From an uncultured bacterium (GTDB lineage Bacteria > Bdellovibrionota_B > Oligoflexia > Oligoflexales > CACXFL01), in NCBI GenBank assembly GCA_902766925.1, contig CACXFL010000017.1:1-61249 (forward strand): a stretch of DNA of 61,249 nucleotides, in the 5' to 3' direction. Both the position numbers and the translations under genes were made by a program. Shown here piece after piece: positions 19,335 through 29,692 of this stretch (position 1 is the stretch's first letter; each line of letters begins with the position of its first letter). Below the pieces are notes generated by a model that was given only the letters and a program-made list of their open reading frames with translations, had not been told where the DNA came from and searched no databases.

Positions 19335-20345
19335 CTAAAGTATAAAATACTTCATCACAGAGGCTATAACAGCTGAGATAACTATGGTAGCAGGTAGTGT
19401 TATAAGCCAGGTTTTTAATATATTTTTAGCAACATTCCATTTTACACTATGCACTTGATATCCTGCTCCAGTACCCATGATAGTAGATCCAACCACATGG
19501 GAGGTACTTACAGGAAATCCAAAGATTGATGATATTTGAATAATAAGTCCTGAGGTAAGTTGAGAGTTAAAAGAATGCAATGGAAGAAGTCTATAGATTT
19601 GTTGTCCTACTGTTTTAATAACCTTCCATCCTCCTAGGGATATACCAAGAGATATTGCAAGTCCACATGAAAAAACTACCCAAGGTTCAATACTAAACGA
19701 AGATCCTGGAACACTACTAGCTGTGACAATAGTAATAATACCCATTGTTTTTTGAGCATCGTTAGATCCATGACTGGAAGATAGGAAGAACAGTGTTAAA
19801 ACCTGGATCTTTTTTAATACTTCATTTACACTTGGAGAACGAGATCTAAGACAAGCAAGAGTAAATTTCATACATATATAACCAGATACTATACCTATTA
19901 TAGGAGTTAAAAATAGGGGAAGTATTACTAAAAATAGTATAGATTTCCATAGTACCTGAGTTATTCCACAACACACTATACAAGCTCCTACCATACCACC
20001 TATCAGAGCGTGAGATGAGCTTGCAGGAAGTGCACACCACCAGTTAACCATATTCCAGGTAATACCAGCAAGAAGTGCTGAAAACAGTATTATTCTAAGA
20101 TTTTGAGTATCGATTCCAGATACGTTTATAATTCCTTGACCTATAGTTAAAGCTACTGCGGTACCAAAAGTAACTGCGCCTATAAATTCTCCTATACAAG
20201 CAAAGACTAAAGCTTGTTTAGGAGTTAGAGTTCTTGAAGTTACAATAGTAGCTATGATATTACTTCCATCTTGAAAACCGTTGATACCAGTAAAAAGATA
20301 GGCAGTAATAATAATAACTATCTGAAATGTAGAAAGATCTAACAT
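19335..20345 (-). CDS. Inorganic phosphate transporter, PiT family
   Basis: Duplicated GxxDGSN / HGSNDAQKTMG signature. Multi-TM. Confidence 0.9.
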   Translation of the reverse strand: MLDLSTFQIVIIITAYLFTGINGFQDGSNIIATIVTSRTLTPKQALVFACIGEFIGAVTFGTAVALTIGQGIINVSGIDTQNLRIILFSALLAGITWNMVNWWCALPASSSHALIGGMVGACIVCCGITQVLWKSILFLVILPLFLTPIIGIVSGYICMKFTLACLRSRSPSVNEVLKKIQVLTLFFLSSSHGSNDAQKTMGIITIVTASSVPGSSFSIEPWVVFSCGLAISLGISLGGWKVIKTVGQQIYRLLPLHSFNSQLTSGLIIQISSIFGFPVSTSHVVGSTIMGTGAGYQVHSVKWNVAKNILKTWLITLPATIVISAVIASVMKYFIL

Positions 20346-20713
20346 TTAACTTTCACTTTTTAATAAAATTAGAGTTACTAAAAATATATATCTGTATCCT
20401 TCATTATAAAAATATCGGTTTTTATTACAATAATTAAAGATCATCTTTTTTCTAAAATATAAAAAAAGAAGTAACTTTACTGTTATATCAATATGATAAA
20501 GAAAAATACTTTTAAGTTAATATGGTTAAAGAATTACTCAATACATAAAAGTAGAGAGGCTAATTTTTTTAATCATTAGATATTAACCATCTAAAAGGGG
20601 ACTAATCCTTTAATAAATTAATTCTTTCCCTATTAAACCCGATAAATATACGAGTTTTATACAAAGGATGATTTCATAAAACATGGTAGAAGTATTTTAT
20701 AGAAGAGGAAGAA

Positions 20714-21724
20714 ATGAAGCAAGGAATCATAAACATATTTTTATTAAGCTTAGTTTCTTTGTTTTTACTTAATTGTGGTGGTATGCAATTTGGATCAGGA
20801 TCTGGTGTAAAAAGCCACAACGAAGATAAGAAGGTTGAACCTCAAGATCCATCCTCTCCATCTCTGCCTCCAGTTATTAACCCTCATATTAAAACATGTG
20901 AAGAAGATGTATCTTATTGTCCTACAGAACAGTTATGTGTAGGAGGATATGGAAAGGGAAGAAAAATTTATGTTATAAGTGGATATGGTGACTTATCGTT
21001 TACAAACTACGTGAAAGGTGATTTAGCAGACATAAAAGAGTATACAGGTATAGATTATGATTTTCACATCGGTACTACATTTAATTCTACAGAATTACAG
21101 AATTTAAATAATAATGAATACGATGCAATATGGTTTATAAGTACTGAAAAAACTATTCCATCAGATCTACTGACTGTGATAAAAAATAAAGTTCAACAAG
21201 GTGTTGGTCTTGTTCTACTCGGAGATAATGGTCAGTATTCTTCTCAGGTAGACTATATTTTAAAAAATACAAAACCAGAGTGGAATTTAAAATTTGAAAC
21301 TAATGTATATGATAAAGGAATGCAACTCGTAGCTAAAGGAAACAGTGGATCTAAAATTTTATATGAACATCTAGTTACTTCTGGATTATACAAGGATGTT
21401 AGTGAGGGAAATACTATATCATATTTATTACCTAGAGATTCTTCTAAACCTTCTATAATAAAAGATACTAATAAATTTAAACCTATAATATTAAATTCAT
21501 CTTCTCATATAAGTGTAGCTGCTGTTGAAGAAGAATTATCAAATGGAGTTTCGGGGTATTCTAGAGTAAAGATGAAAAATGATAAGATCATACAAAGAAC
21601 CTTGATGCATGGAGGTTTTACTTCCTTGTTCAGGACATATGATAAATGGGCTTGGAAGGGAAAGGACTCCAGTACACCGCTTTTTTTCTATAATATAGCT
21701 TGTTGGAGTTCTGGGTCTTATTAA
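20714..21724 (+). CDS. Hypothetical lipoprotein
   Basis: Lipobox LLNC|GG. No confident domain. Confidence 0.6.
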   Translation: MKQGIINIFLLSLVSLFLLNCGGMQFGSGSGVKSHNEDKKVEPQDPSSPSLPPVINPHIKTCEEDVSYCPTEQLCVGGYGKGRKIYVISGYGDLSFTNYVKGDLADIKEYTGIDYDFHIGTTFNSTELQNLNNNEYDAIWFISTEKTIPSDLLTVIKNKVQQGVGLVLLGDNGQYSSQVDYILKNTKPEWNLKFETNVYDKGMQLVAKGNSGSKILYEHLVTSGLYKDVSEGNTISYLLPRDSSKPSIIKDTNKFKPIILNSSSHISVAAVEEELSNGVSGYSRVKMKNDKIIQRTLMHGGFTSLFRTYDKWAWKGKDSSTPLFFYNIACWSSGSY

Positions 21725-21763
21725 AATAATAGTAATAAATAACAAAAAATAATATGTATTATT

Positions 21764-22660
21764 TTAGATAGCATCTACGTGAATTAATGCATCTATATTT
21801 AGCTTCTCGTAGAGAAGTTGTTGTACCTTAGAAACTATAGCAGAGGCTTCAAGTACCGATAGATTTTTTGGAAGACAGATATGACAGTCTATAAGGATAT
21901 TAGGACCTAAAAGTCTAGATCTTAAATCATGGATATCCTGAATTTTATTATCAGCACTATATATCAGAGTTTTTATCTTTTGTTGGAGCTCGACGTCTAC
22001 TTCTTCGTTAGTTATATCTTTATAGGTTCTGATAAATACAGGAAAGGTTGCTTTAATAAAAAAGCCTGATGCTATAAGAGCACATATGGAATCTATGATA
22101 TTAAGTCCACTGAGCCAAACAAGTCCCATACCCACAGCACTTATTAGATTAAACCAGAAATCTCCTTCGTAGTGAGCTCTATCGGTGGATATAGAGATGT
22201 TAGTATCGTTTGTTGCACGTTGACGTTTTTCACTAATTTTCAAATATATATTTAATAGAAAACCGCATGCAGCACCTACTATTAGAACTATAAATCCTAA
22301 AAGAAGATTATCTTCTTTTAAGGTGGAAGAAGAGTTAAGTATACGATCTATAGCTCCAAAAGCTATAGTAAGTCCAAAAGCAAGGATGATACTTCCTTGA
22401 ATAAGACCTGAAAGAACTTCTATTCCACCATGACCAAAGGGGTGTTTTTTATCTGGTTTTTCTTTAGATATTTTTTGGATTTTTGTATTGATAAAAGATA
22501 TTAGAGCATCTTGAATAGAATCCAAAAAACTGGATAAAAGTACCAAGGAACCTGTTAAAACGAACGTCACCAGTTTTACTAAAGCCAGCAGTATACTAAA
22601 ACCAGAAGCTATTTTTAATGGATTAACTCGAAACAAGAAATCAAAATATCTTTTTACCAT
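21764..22660 (-). CDS. Cation diffusion facilitator (CDF) family transporter
   Basis: Six TM helices, HPFGHGGIEVLSGL motif, C-terminal cytoplasmic domain. Confidence 0.85.
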   Translation of the reverse strand: MVKRYFDFLFRVNPLKIASGFSILLALVKLVTFVLTGSLVLLSSFLDSIQDALISFINTKIQKISKEKPDKKHPFGHGGIEVLSGLIQGSIILAFGLTIAFGAIDRILNSSSTLKEDNLLLGFIVLIVGAACGFLLNIYLKISEKRQRATNDTNISISTDRAHYEGDFWFNLISAVGMGLVWLSGLNIIDSICALIASGFFIKATFPVFIRTYKDITNEEVDVELQQKIKTLIYSADNKIQDIHDLRSRLLGPNILIDCHICLPKNLSVLEASAIVSKVQQLLYEKLNIDALIHVDAI

Positions 22661-22976
22661 ACCAGAAGTCTTTCAAAACAAAAAAATAGAATCAACACCA
22701 ATAATTTAACCAATCAATTATTGATACGGTAGTCTATAATAGTTAATTTTTCATATTCTTTCGAGAATAATTTAGACTTTAATATTTTAGTCTTTATAGG
22801 AGAGTAAATCTTAAAAATAGAATAATTTTTATTCAAAAGCTGTTTTTTAAGCAAAAAACAGGTCAATTTCACCTTAAAAATACGTTTATAAGTAAAAAAA
22901 AATAATGAAATGATTTTTCTTACATTAGCTGTCAGTATCGTTTTTGGTTTTAAACTAGAATTTTTTGAGGGAAGAT

Positions 22977-23978
22977 ATGGATGGATTTGAAAATAAATTA
23001 AAGATGCTTAGAACCTATAAAGATACTGTTTTTTGTGATCTTTTTTCAGATAAAGAAAATTTATTGGAGTTATACAAAAGTTTAAATCCCGAAGATAGTT
23101 CGTGTACTCTAGATGATTTAAGTCTTATATCCTTACGTAATGTGTTACTTAACGGAGCATACAATGATTTAGGATTTTTAGTAAGGGATCAACTAATCGT
23201 ACTTGTCGAGGCTCAATCTACATGGAATACTACTATTTTATTTAGGGTTTTTTTGTATCTGGCGTATACCTGTAGAGAGTTTGCAGCAGGTAAATATGGA
23301 AGTATCCATAAAAACAGTGATTTAAAACCACCTCCAGCAAAATTATATGTAGTCTATACTGGAGATAGAAAAGATATTCCGGAGGTATTATCTACAAGAG
23401 ATTTATACCCAAAAGATGAGGATAGTGACTATCATATTAGGGTTAGAATTATACGTGGGGATAATGCTTTGGGGATAAGTCATGAATATATTTCCTTTTG
23501 TAAAATCGTAAGGGATGTGGTAAAGGTAGAAGGGTATACTGATATAGCAATAAAAAAAGCTATAACTATCTGTGAGAATAAAAATATATTAAAAAAATAT
23601 TTAGAAAAAAGAAAAGTAGAGGTGGCACGAATGTTATCAGATTTATTTGATCAAGATGCTGCGTTTGATGCATATATTGAGGCTTTGAAGCGAGAACTTG
23701 AAGATGAACATCAAAACGAAAAAGCAGAGCTTCAAAACGAAAAAGTAGAGTTACAAAACGAAAAAGTAGAGCTTCAAAATGAAAAAGCAGAGCTTCAAAA
23801 TGAAAAAGTAGAACTTAAAAAGCAACTTACTGAAAATAGAGAAGCAGATATTAATAAGTATATAAAATTAGCTATTAATTTGAAAATGCCACAAGAAGAT
23901 ATAATTCAAAATCTTGAGAAAGACTTTGAATTATCTTATGAGGAAAGTAAACAGCGAGTACTATCTATTATTAAATAG
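22977..23978 (+). CDS. Rpn (YhgA-like) family PD-(D/E)xK recombination-promoting nuclease / putative transposase-like protein
   Basis: The pattern KDTVFCDLF...NDLGFLV...LIVLVEAQS...FRVFLYLA...LYVVYTG matches the Rpn/YhgA layout as I recall it from E. coli. The ORF opens at TTG 22965. ATG 22977, preceded by GAGGGA, is preferred as the start. Confidence 0.7.
   Translation: MDGFENKLKMLRTYKDTVFCDLFSDKENLLELYKSLNPEDSSCTLDDLSLISLRNVLLNGAYNDLGFLVRDQLIVLVEAQSTWNTTILFRVFLYLAYTCREFAAGKYGSIHKNSDLKPPPAKLYVVYTGDRKDIPEVLSTRDLYPKDEDSDYHIRVRIIRGDNALGISHEYISFCKIVRDVVKVEGYTDIAIKKAITICENKNILKKYLEKRKVEVARMLSDLFDQDAAFDAYIEALKRELEDEHQNEKAELQNEKVELQNEKVELQNEKAELQNEKVELKKQLTENREADINKYIKLAINLKMPQEDIIQNLEKDFELSYEESKQRVLSIIK
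23706..23826 (+). repeat. In-frame 21-bp tandem repeat, about 5.5 copies, encoding the heptad ELQNEK(A/V)
   Basis: Units at 23727, 23748, 23769 and 23790, plus degenerate flanking copies. The copies differ at only a few positions each (at most three relative to the first full unit). Confidence 0.9.
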
Positions 23979-23997
23979 GATCGGTTAATAGAGGATA

Positions 23998-24768
23998 TTA
24001 TTTTGAAGAAGTATCAGAGGATAGGGGTTGTTTTTGTTCTGTACTAGGTTCTTCTTCAGTTTTTTTAGAATCAGAATTGGATTTAAAATAAGATTTAAAT
24101 TCTTCTAGTTTAGGTTTAAGTTGTTCTGAGTAATAGGTTGGAAAATTTTTGATGATCTGTAGTGCTTGATGTTGTTTTCCCATTACAAAGATGGTGATGG
24201 TAGTCACTATAAGAGCAAATAAAATAAGTTTAAACATGGTTTTGAAAAAACCAGGTTTAGATTTTCTAGCAACCTTGTTTAAATATTTATCAGAAAAGAT
24301 TTCATCTGCACGAGAAGTTTCAAAATTAGTAGAGGAATAATCCTGAGCATTAAATCCTTTTGGCTTTTTGGTTTTTATAAAACTAGATAGTAAAGATTTT
24401 TTTTGTTTGGATTTTGGAACATATACACTATCAGCTGTACTTGAAAATATCTGCTGACTGTATGGAGAACTGTAAGAAGAGCTTGTAGAAGAATGCTTGG
24501 AAACTACAGGATGTCTTTGTTGAGGAGAATACTGGTTTATAGAAGGTGGTACAGGAGGAACCGGAGGAACGGTACCAGAAGATTTACCAGCCATCATAGG
24601 AGGAACTATCTGATCGTAATTTGCTACCACCGTTTGAGAAAATTTCCCAGATGCAGCTTGAGCTGTAGGGAAACTTTCATCTATTACCTTATGTAAACGA
24701 AACAGAACATTAGAACAAACTTCGTCCTCTAAAGTTTTTTCAAATTCTAGCAGTTTACTTTTGACCAC
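23998..24768 (-). CDS. Single-pass membrane protein with a Pro/Ser-rich region (hypothetical)
   Basis: Starts 10 nt downstream of the secA stop. TM helix LILFALIVTTITIFVM. Confidence 0.6.
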   Translation of the reverse strand: MVKSKLLEFEKTLEDEVCSNVLFRLHKVIDESFPTAQAASGKFSQTVVANYDQIVPPMMAGKSSGTVPPVPPVPPSINQYSPQQRHPVVSKHSSTSSSYSSPYSQQIFSSTADSVYVPKSKQKKSLLSSFIKTKKPKGFNAQDYSSTNFETSRADEIFSDKYLNKVARKSKPGFFKTMFKLILFALIVTTITIFVMGKQHQALQIIKNFPTYYSEQLKPKLEEFKSYFKSNSDSKKTEEEPSTEQKQPLSSDTSSK

Positions 24769-24777
24769 AACTCTTCC

Positions 24778-27450
24778 TTATTGTTGTTTTAATCCGCAAC
24801 ACTTCTTGTATTTCTTTCCAGAACCACAAGGACACGGATCATTTCTACCAACCTTAGCTTCAGTCCTTTTATAAGGAATATCATTCCTTTTTGTTGAAGT
24901 AGGACGAGATCCTCCTCCATTATATTGCATTTGAGATTCGGATACTTCTTGTTTTTGAGAGGTTCTCTTTAGATCTGAGAGCATCTCAGAAGAGGTCATA
25001 GAAGACTGAGATGAAGTATCTTCTTCCCTGTTATCATTATAAGATGAAGAAGAATCGGAATCAACATCATTTGTTGTCTCTTCTGGTTCTACTTCAGGTA
25101 CCACCCTTCTAGGAGGAGGCATTCTGATAAGAGCAAGCATGGTTTGATTTTCCATTCTTTCCATCATATCTCTAAACAGAATAAAAGCTTCCTTCTTATA
25201 CTCTTGCAGAGGATCTCTATGACCAAATCCTCTTAGACTTACAGCATCTTTAAGTTGATCCATATTAAGTAGATGATCTTTCCAAGCTACATCCATAATT
25301 TGAAGATAGATATAGTTTTCAATCTGAACCATATCTTCTCCAACCCCATCTCTTTTCTTATTATAGGCTGCAAGAATCTGAGCATGAATTGTATCTGAAA
25401 TTACATCATCTAAAGATTCTGTATTTAACGAAGATAGATCTACAGGGGTAGCAAATTCTCTTTCTATACTTTGTTTTAATTTATTAAAGTCCCAACTATC
25501 CTCCATTGTAACCGCAGGAGATAGGTTATGAACTATAGAATCAATATTTGCTAGAAGACTGTTCGATAAAATTTCCATAATAGAAAAGTTACCTTCAAGT
25601 AAAGCTCTTCTTTTTTTATAGATAACTTGACGTTGTTGATTCATAACATCATCATATTCAATAAGATGTTTTCTAGAACTGAAGTTTCTTTCTTCTACTC
25701 TTTTTTGAGCCCTTTCAATTGAACGAGTAACCAAAGAAGAGATAATAGGTTCTCCCTCTTTCATCCCAAGACGACCCATAATTCCAGATAATCTATCGGC
25801 AGCAAAGATTCTCATAAGATCATCTTCCAAAGATAAGAAGAATTGAGATTCTCCAGGATCTCCTTGTCTTCCGGATCTACCTCTTAACTGATTATCAATA
25901 CGACGAGATTCATGACGCTCTGTTCCTATAACACAAAGACCCCCAAGTTCTCTTACTCCTTCCCCTAAAACAATATCAGTACCACGTCCTGCCATGTTTG
26001 TAGAGATAGTAACATGGTTCTTTTGACCTGCTGACTTTATGATATCAGCTTCTGCAGCGTGGTTTTTAGCATTTAGGATATCATGAGGAATATTTCTTTT
26101 TTTCAGTAGATTTGATAGAAGTTCAGATTTTTCTACAGATACTGTACCTACAAGAACTGGTTGACCTATTTTTTGTTTACGGGCTATTTCATCTGCTATA
26201 ACGTTAAATTTTTCTCGAGCAGTTCTGTAGATCACATCGTTGTGATCAATTCTTATCATCTTTTTGTTAGGAGGAATTACTACAACATCTAGGTTGTATA
26301 TCTTTTTAAATTCAACAGCTTCTGTATCTGCAGTACCTGTCATACCTGATAGAGTAGTATATAATCTAAAATAATTTTGGAAAGTAATAGTAGCTAAGGT
26401 TTGGTTTTCAGATTCTATATGAAGATGTTCTTTTGCCTCCAGCGCTCCATGAAGTCCGTCTGAATAACGTCTTCCAGGCATTAACCTTCCTGTAAACTCA
26501 TCTACGATTACTACCTTATTATCTCTTACTACGTAGTCTACATCTTTTTTAAAGATAACATGAGCTTTCAGAGCTTGTTGTACATGGTGAAGATAATCTA
26601 TATTTTTAGGATCGTATAGGTTATCTAGTTTTAACCTTTTTTCTACTTTACTGATACCATCTTCAGTTAAAGATACTGTATTAGATTTTTCATCGAAGAT
26701 ATAATCACTATCTTTTTGAAGTCCAGGGATAGCATTATTAACCACAACATAAAGATCTGTTCTATCATTAGTAGGTCCAGATATAATCAATGGAGTTCTA
26801 GCTTCATCTATTAAGATTGAGTCCACTTCGTCTACGATTGCAAAGAAATGATCACGTTGAACAAATCTTTCTAAAGAGGTCTTCATATTATCTCTAAGGT
26901 AATCAAATCCAAACTCATTGTTGGTACCGTAGGTAATATCAGAACCGTAAGCAACTTGTCTTTGTTTATCAGTTAGTCCATGAACTATTAACCCTGTAGT
27001 AAGTCCTAGGAATGAATAGAGCTGTCCCATCCATTCGGAATCCCTTGTAGCAAGGTAATCGTTAACAGTTACAAGGTGAGCTCCATGTCCTGAGATAGCA
27101 TTAAGTACTAAAGGGAGAGTAGCTGTAAGGGTTTTACCTTCCCCAGTTTTCATTTCAGCAATTTTACCCTCACAAAGAATAATACCACCCATGAGCTGTA
27201 CATCAAAATGTCTCATTCCTAAAGATCTAGAAGAAGCTTCTCTGGTTATTGCAAAGGTTTCAGGAAGCAGAGACATCAAAGATCTACCGTTTTGATACTC
27301 TTGTTTAAAGTCAGCAATTTTGGCTCTAAGTTCATCATCTGTAAGCTTTGCTACGGAATCAGAAAAGGTATTAATGTGAGCTACCATTTCCGATAGTCTT
27401 TTAATTTCACGATCATTTTTAGTTCCAAATATTTTTCTTAAGATACCCAA
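24778..27450 (-). CDS. secA: Preprotein translocase ATPase SecA
   Basis: Full-length SecA motifs (MKTGEGKTL, DEVDSILIDEARTPLIIS, TNMAGRGTDI) and the C-terminal zinc motif CPCGSGKKYKKCCG. Confidence 0.97.
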   Translation of the reverse strand: MGILRKIFGTKNDREIKRLSEMVAHINTFSDSVAKLTDDELRAKIADFKQEYQNGRSLMSLLPETFAITREASSRSLGMRHFDVQLMGGIILCEGKIAEMKTGEGKTLTATLPLVLNAISGHGAHLVTVNDYLATRDSEWMGQLYSFLGLTTGLIVHGLTDKQRQVAYGSDITYGTNNEFGFDYLRDNMKTSLERFVQRDHFFAIVDEVDSILIDEARTPLIISGPTNDRTDLYVVVNNAIPGLQKDSDYIFDEKSNTVSLTEDGISKVEKRLKLDNLYDPKNIDYLHHVQQALKAHVIFKKDVDYVVRDNKVVIVDEFTGRLMPGRRYSDGLHGALEAKEHLHIESENQTLATITFQNYFRLYTTLSGMTGTADTEAVEFKKIYNLDVVVIPPNKKMIRIDHNDVIYRTAREKFNVIADEIARKQKIGQPVLVGTVSVEKSELLSNLLKKRNIPHDILNAKNHAAEADIIKSAGQKNHVTISTNMAGRGTDIVLGEGVRELGGLCVIGTERHESRRIDNQLRGRSGRQGDPGESQFFLSLEDDLMRIFAADRLSGIMGRLGMKEGEPIISSLVTRSIERAQKRVEERNFSSRKHLIEYDDVMNQQRQVIYKKRRALLEGNFSIMEILSNSLLANIDSIVHNLSPAVTMEDSWDFNKLKQSIEREFATPVDLSSLNTESLDDVISDTIHAQILAAYNKKRDGVGEDMVQIENYIYLQIMDVAWKDHLLNMDQLKDAVSLRGFGHRDPLQEYKKEAFILFRDMMERMENQTMLALIRMPPPRRVVPEVEPEETTNDVDSDSSSSYNDNREEDTSSQSSMTSSEMLSDLKRTSQKQEVSESQMQYNGGGSRPTSTKRNDIPYKRTEAKVGRNDPCPCGSGKKYKKCCGLKQQ

Positions 27451-27660
27451 TATACTACTCCTTATTACTAAAGATAAGTTATAATTCTAATCATATATTT
27501 ATCTTTAAAGTATAGTTTATTTTTACCCCCTAATGCAAGGACTCACTTTGTTAGAATTGATCCAGGTTTAGATGAACTGAAACTGTAGCAAAAATCTTTT
27601 CTGCTTGTTAACTAATTGGGCATTTTGTAAAATTTAAAGATCAGAGTATAAATTCAAGGA

Positions 27661-28440
27661 ATGAGTATGGACTATAAAATATCTAGATCAAACTCAGGGA
27701 TGTCTTTACTGGAAGTAGTGATTGCTGTAGGTCTGATGGGACTTGTAATGTCTATGACTTTTACAACACTTAGATCCTTGGTTGCAGCTCGTACCAATGT
27801 TAAAGATATGGCAATGTATCAAAAATATATAGATTCCATTAACAATAAAGTTGTGAATGCTTTTAAAGCAATTTACTTTGATGCGGATCGAGGAAAGATA
27901 ATGCTTCCAAGTACTGAATCAGATATGTCAGCTTGGAAGACAGCATTAAATAATGCTAGTGGAGAACTTACCGATAAAAATATCGGGTTTAGGATTAGAA
28001 GATTTGTATATAATGCTGCGGATAACCCTCCTAGAATGCAGTGTGATAAATGTTCTAATGCTTCAAGGTTAATATGGAGATCTAACACAGCAGGAGCAGG
28101 ATGTCCTACTAATATGTTAGATAATGGTAATATAGCTAGGGGTATATATGAATTTTGTGTAAAGATAGATCCTAGAGAAACAGATCCAGCTAGAATTAGA
28201 GCACTATTTCCTACTCAAGATCTACTAAGACAAAATCCTGTTATTAGATATATATTTTCAATAAGAACATCAAATAATTTAAAAGCTATAAATTTAACAT
28301 CTGTTAATGTTAGTAATGAAACATTAAATGGAAACAGAAGTATGCTAGTGATATACACTATGAACTGGCATAACGATGAGACTACCTATTCTTCTAAGTG
28401 TAAATATACTCAAGGTATGTTTTATACGGCACTTCAGTAG
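27661..28440 (+). CDS. Type IV pilin-like / pseudopilin protein (prepilin-type N-terminal cleavage/methylation domain)
   Basis: SG|MSLLEVVIAVGLMGLV with Glu at +5. Confidence 0.75.
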   Translation: MSMDYKISRSNSGMSLLEVVIAVGLMGLVMSMTFTTLRSLVAARTNVKDMAMYQKYIDSINNKVVNAFKAIYFDADRGKIMLPSTESDMSAWKTALNNASGELTDKNIGFRIRRFVYNAADNPPRMQCDKCSNASRLIWRSNTAGAGCPTNMLDNGNIARGIYEFCVKIDPRETDPARIRALFPTQDLLRQNPVIRYIFSIRTSNNLKAINLTSVNVSNETLNGNRSMLVIYTMNWHNDETTYSSKCKYTQGMFYTALQ

Positions 28441-29057
28441 TGTATAAGGGAAGTTTAATTAAAGGGTCATTATTTATTAGGATGAATCTTGTGAATAATA
28501 TAATAAAAACATGGAAAAAATTTAAAAGATCTAGGGAAAGTGGAGTAGCTATAATTACAGTGATGATTATAGCTACTATTATTGGAGTAATTCTTACTGC
28601 GTCTTTAATTCTGATAAAAGCTCAACTAGCTCAAGTTCATAGAATGAGTCTAAGAATTGCAGCAGAAAGACTCAATAACTCAGCAACAGAACTTGTTCAA
28701 CAACTTCTTGCTAAACATATCATTATCATAGATAACGTAGGTCCTGTAGGAAATCAGCACGCAGGTTTTACTCCTCAAGGACCCCTGGATACTAGTCCCG
28801 ATGATAAAATAGTAGTATTGGGAGGTAATCAGACAGAAATTAGTTTTAATTTTTGTGGAGATCTTAATAATTTTTCAGATGAAGAATGTTTTTCTGGAGA
28901 TACCTACAGTACAAAAATTACTCTTATGCCAGCTACTAGATGTAATGGTAGAGCCTGTGCTGTAGGAATCCAAGCAGTAACCAGACTGAAAAATATAGAT
29001 AGTATAAATAAAGCATTTAAATATGTTAATGAGTACTCTTTTGTAATAGAAAGATAA
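28440..29057 (+). CDS. PilX-N-like minor pilin/pseudopilin-associated protein
   Basis: SGVAIITVMIIATIIGVILTASL hydrophobic N-terminus. GTG start overlaps the upstream stop by 1 nt; the true start is uncertain. Confidence 0.5.
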   Translation: MYKGSLIKGSLFIRMNLVNNIIKTWKKFKRSRESGVAIITVMIIATIIGVILTASLILIKAQLAQVHRMSLRIAAERLNNSATELVQQLLAKHIIIIDNVGPVGNQHAGFTPQGPLDTSPDDKIVVLGGNQTEISFNFCGDLNNFSDEECFSGDTYSTKITLMPATRCNGRACAVGIQAVTRLKNIDSINKAFKYVNEYSFVIER

Positions 29058-29087
29058 ACTTAAGAGTCTATCTACCTATCCATTTAT

Positions 29088-29588
29088 TTATCTTCTAGTT
29101 TTTTTCTTAGCTTTTGATCTAGGAAGTGATCTGGCTTTATTTTTAGCTTTAGGTTTAGATTTTATTTGAGTACTTGAAGATTTCTTTGTCTTTAATTTAG
29201 AAGAGGATTTAGTAGTAGATCTTGTTTTAATTTTGGATTTAGAGTTGGATTTAGATTTAGTAATAGATCTAGATTTTTTATTTTTGGTAGAAGATGATGT
29301 TTCTTTTTTTATATTTGGTTTTGATACAGATTTTTTAGTAACGGCAGTGGAAAGTAGATCAAAGAATTTATCGGTAGATTCAAGAACAGAAAGAACCTTT
29401 AACCAAATACCTACAGATACTCCAATATCTCCTTGTTCTAATTTATTTAGGGTAACTCTTGTTATAGCAGCTTTTCGAGCTAGAAGACTTGCTGATATTC
29501 CTCGGCTACGTCTATATGTTTTTAATTCAGTACAAACTTGTTTTAACCTTTGTTTTAAAGATCTAGATACTGGAACTGTAGCCGTCAT
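29088..29588 (-). CDS. XRE-family HTH regulator with a Lys/Ser-rich histone-H1-like C-terminal tail
   Basis: HTH_3 pattern (LKTYRRSRGISASLLARKAAITRVTLNKLEQG), then about 80 aa of K/S/T low complexity. Confidence 0.75.
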   Translation of the reverse strand: MTATVPVSRSLKQRLKQVCTELKTYRRSRGISASLLARKAAITRVTLNKLEQGDIGVSVGIWLKVLSVLESTDKFFDLLSTAVTKKSVSKPNIKKETSSSTKNKKSRSITKSKSNSKSKIKTRSTTKSSSKLKTKKSSSTQIKSKPKAKNKARSLPRSKAKKKTRR

Positions 29589-29692
29589 AATATCCTCGAA
29601 ATAACTAAAATAATAATGGTAAAACTGATGTATATATACACATATTAGTTGTAAGTTTTTTTTATTAAAGAGACAAGTTTAGTTTTTATAAA

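Noticed and set aside
23706-23826. The 21-bp tandem repeats as a CRISPR-like array
   Set aside because: The repeats are contiguous with no spacers. They are in frame within a long ORF and encode a heptad coiled coil.
27621-27640. TTGGGCATTTTGTAAA upstream of the pilin-like gene as a sigma-54 (-24 GG / -12 GC) promoter
   Set aside because: No GC dinucleotide lies at the correct distance from the GG. The spacing does not fit TGGCAC-N5-TTGC.
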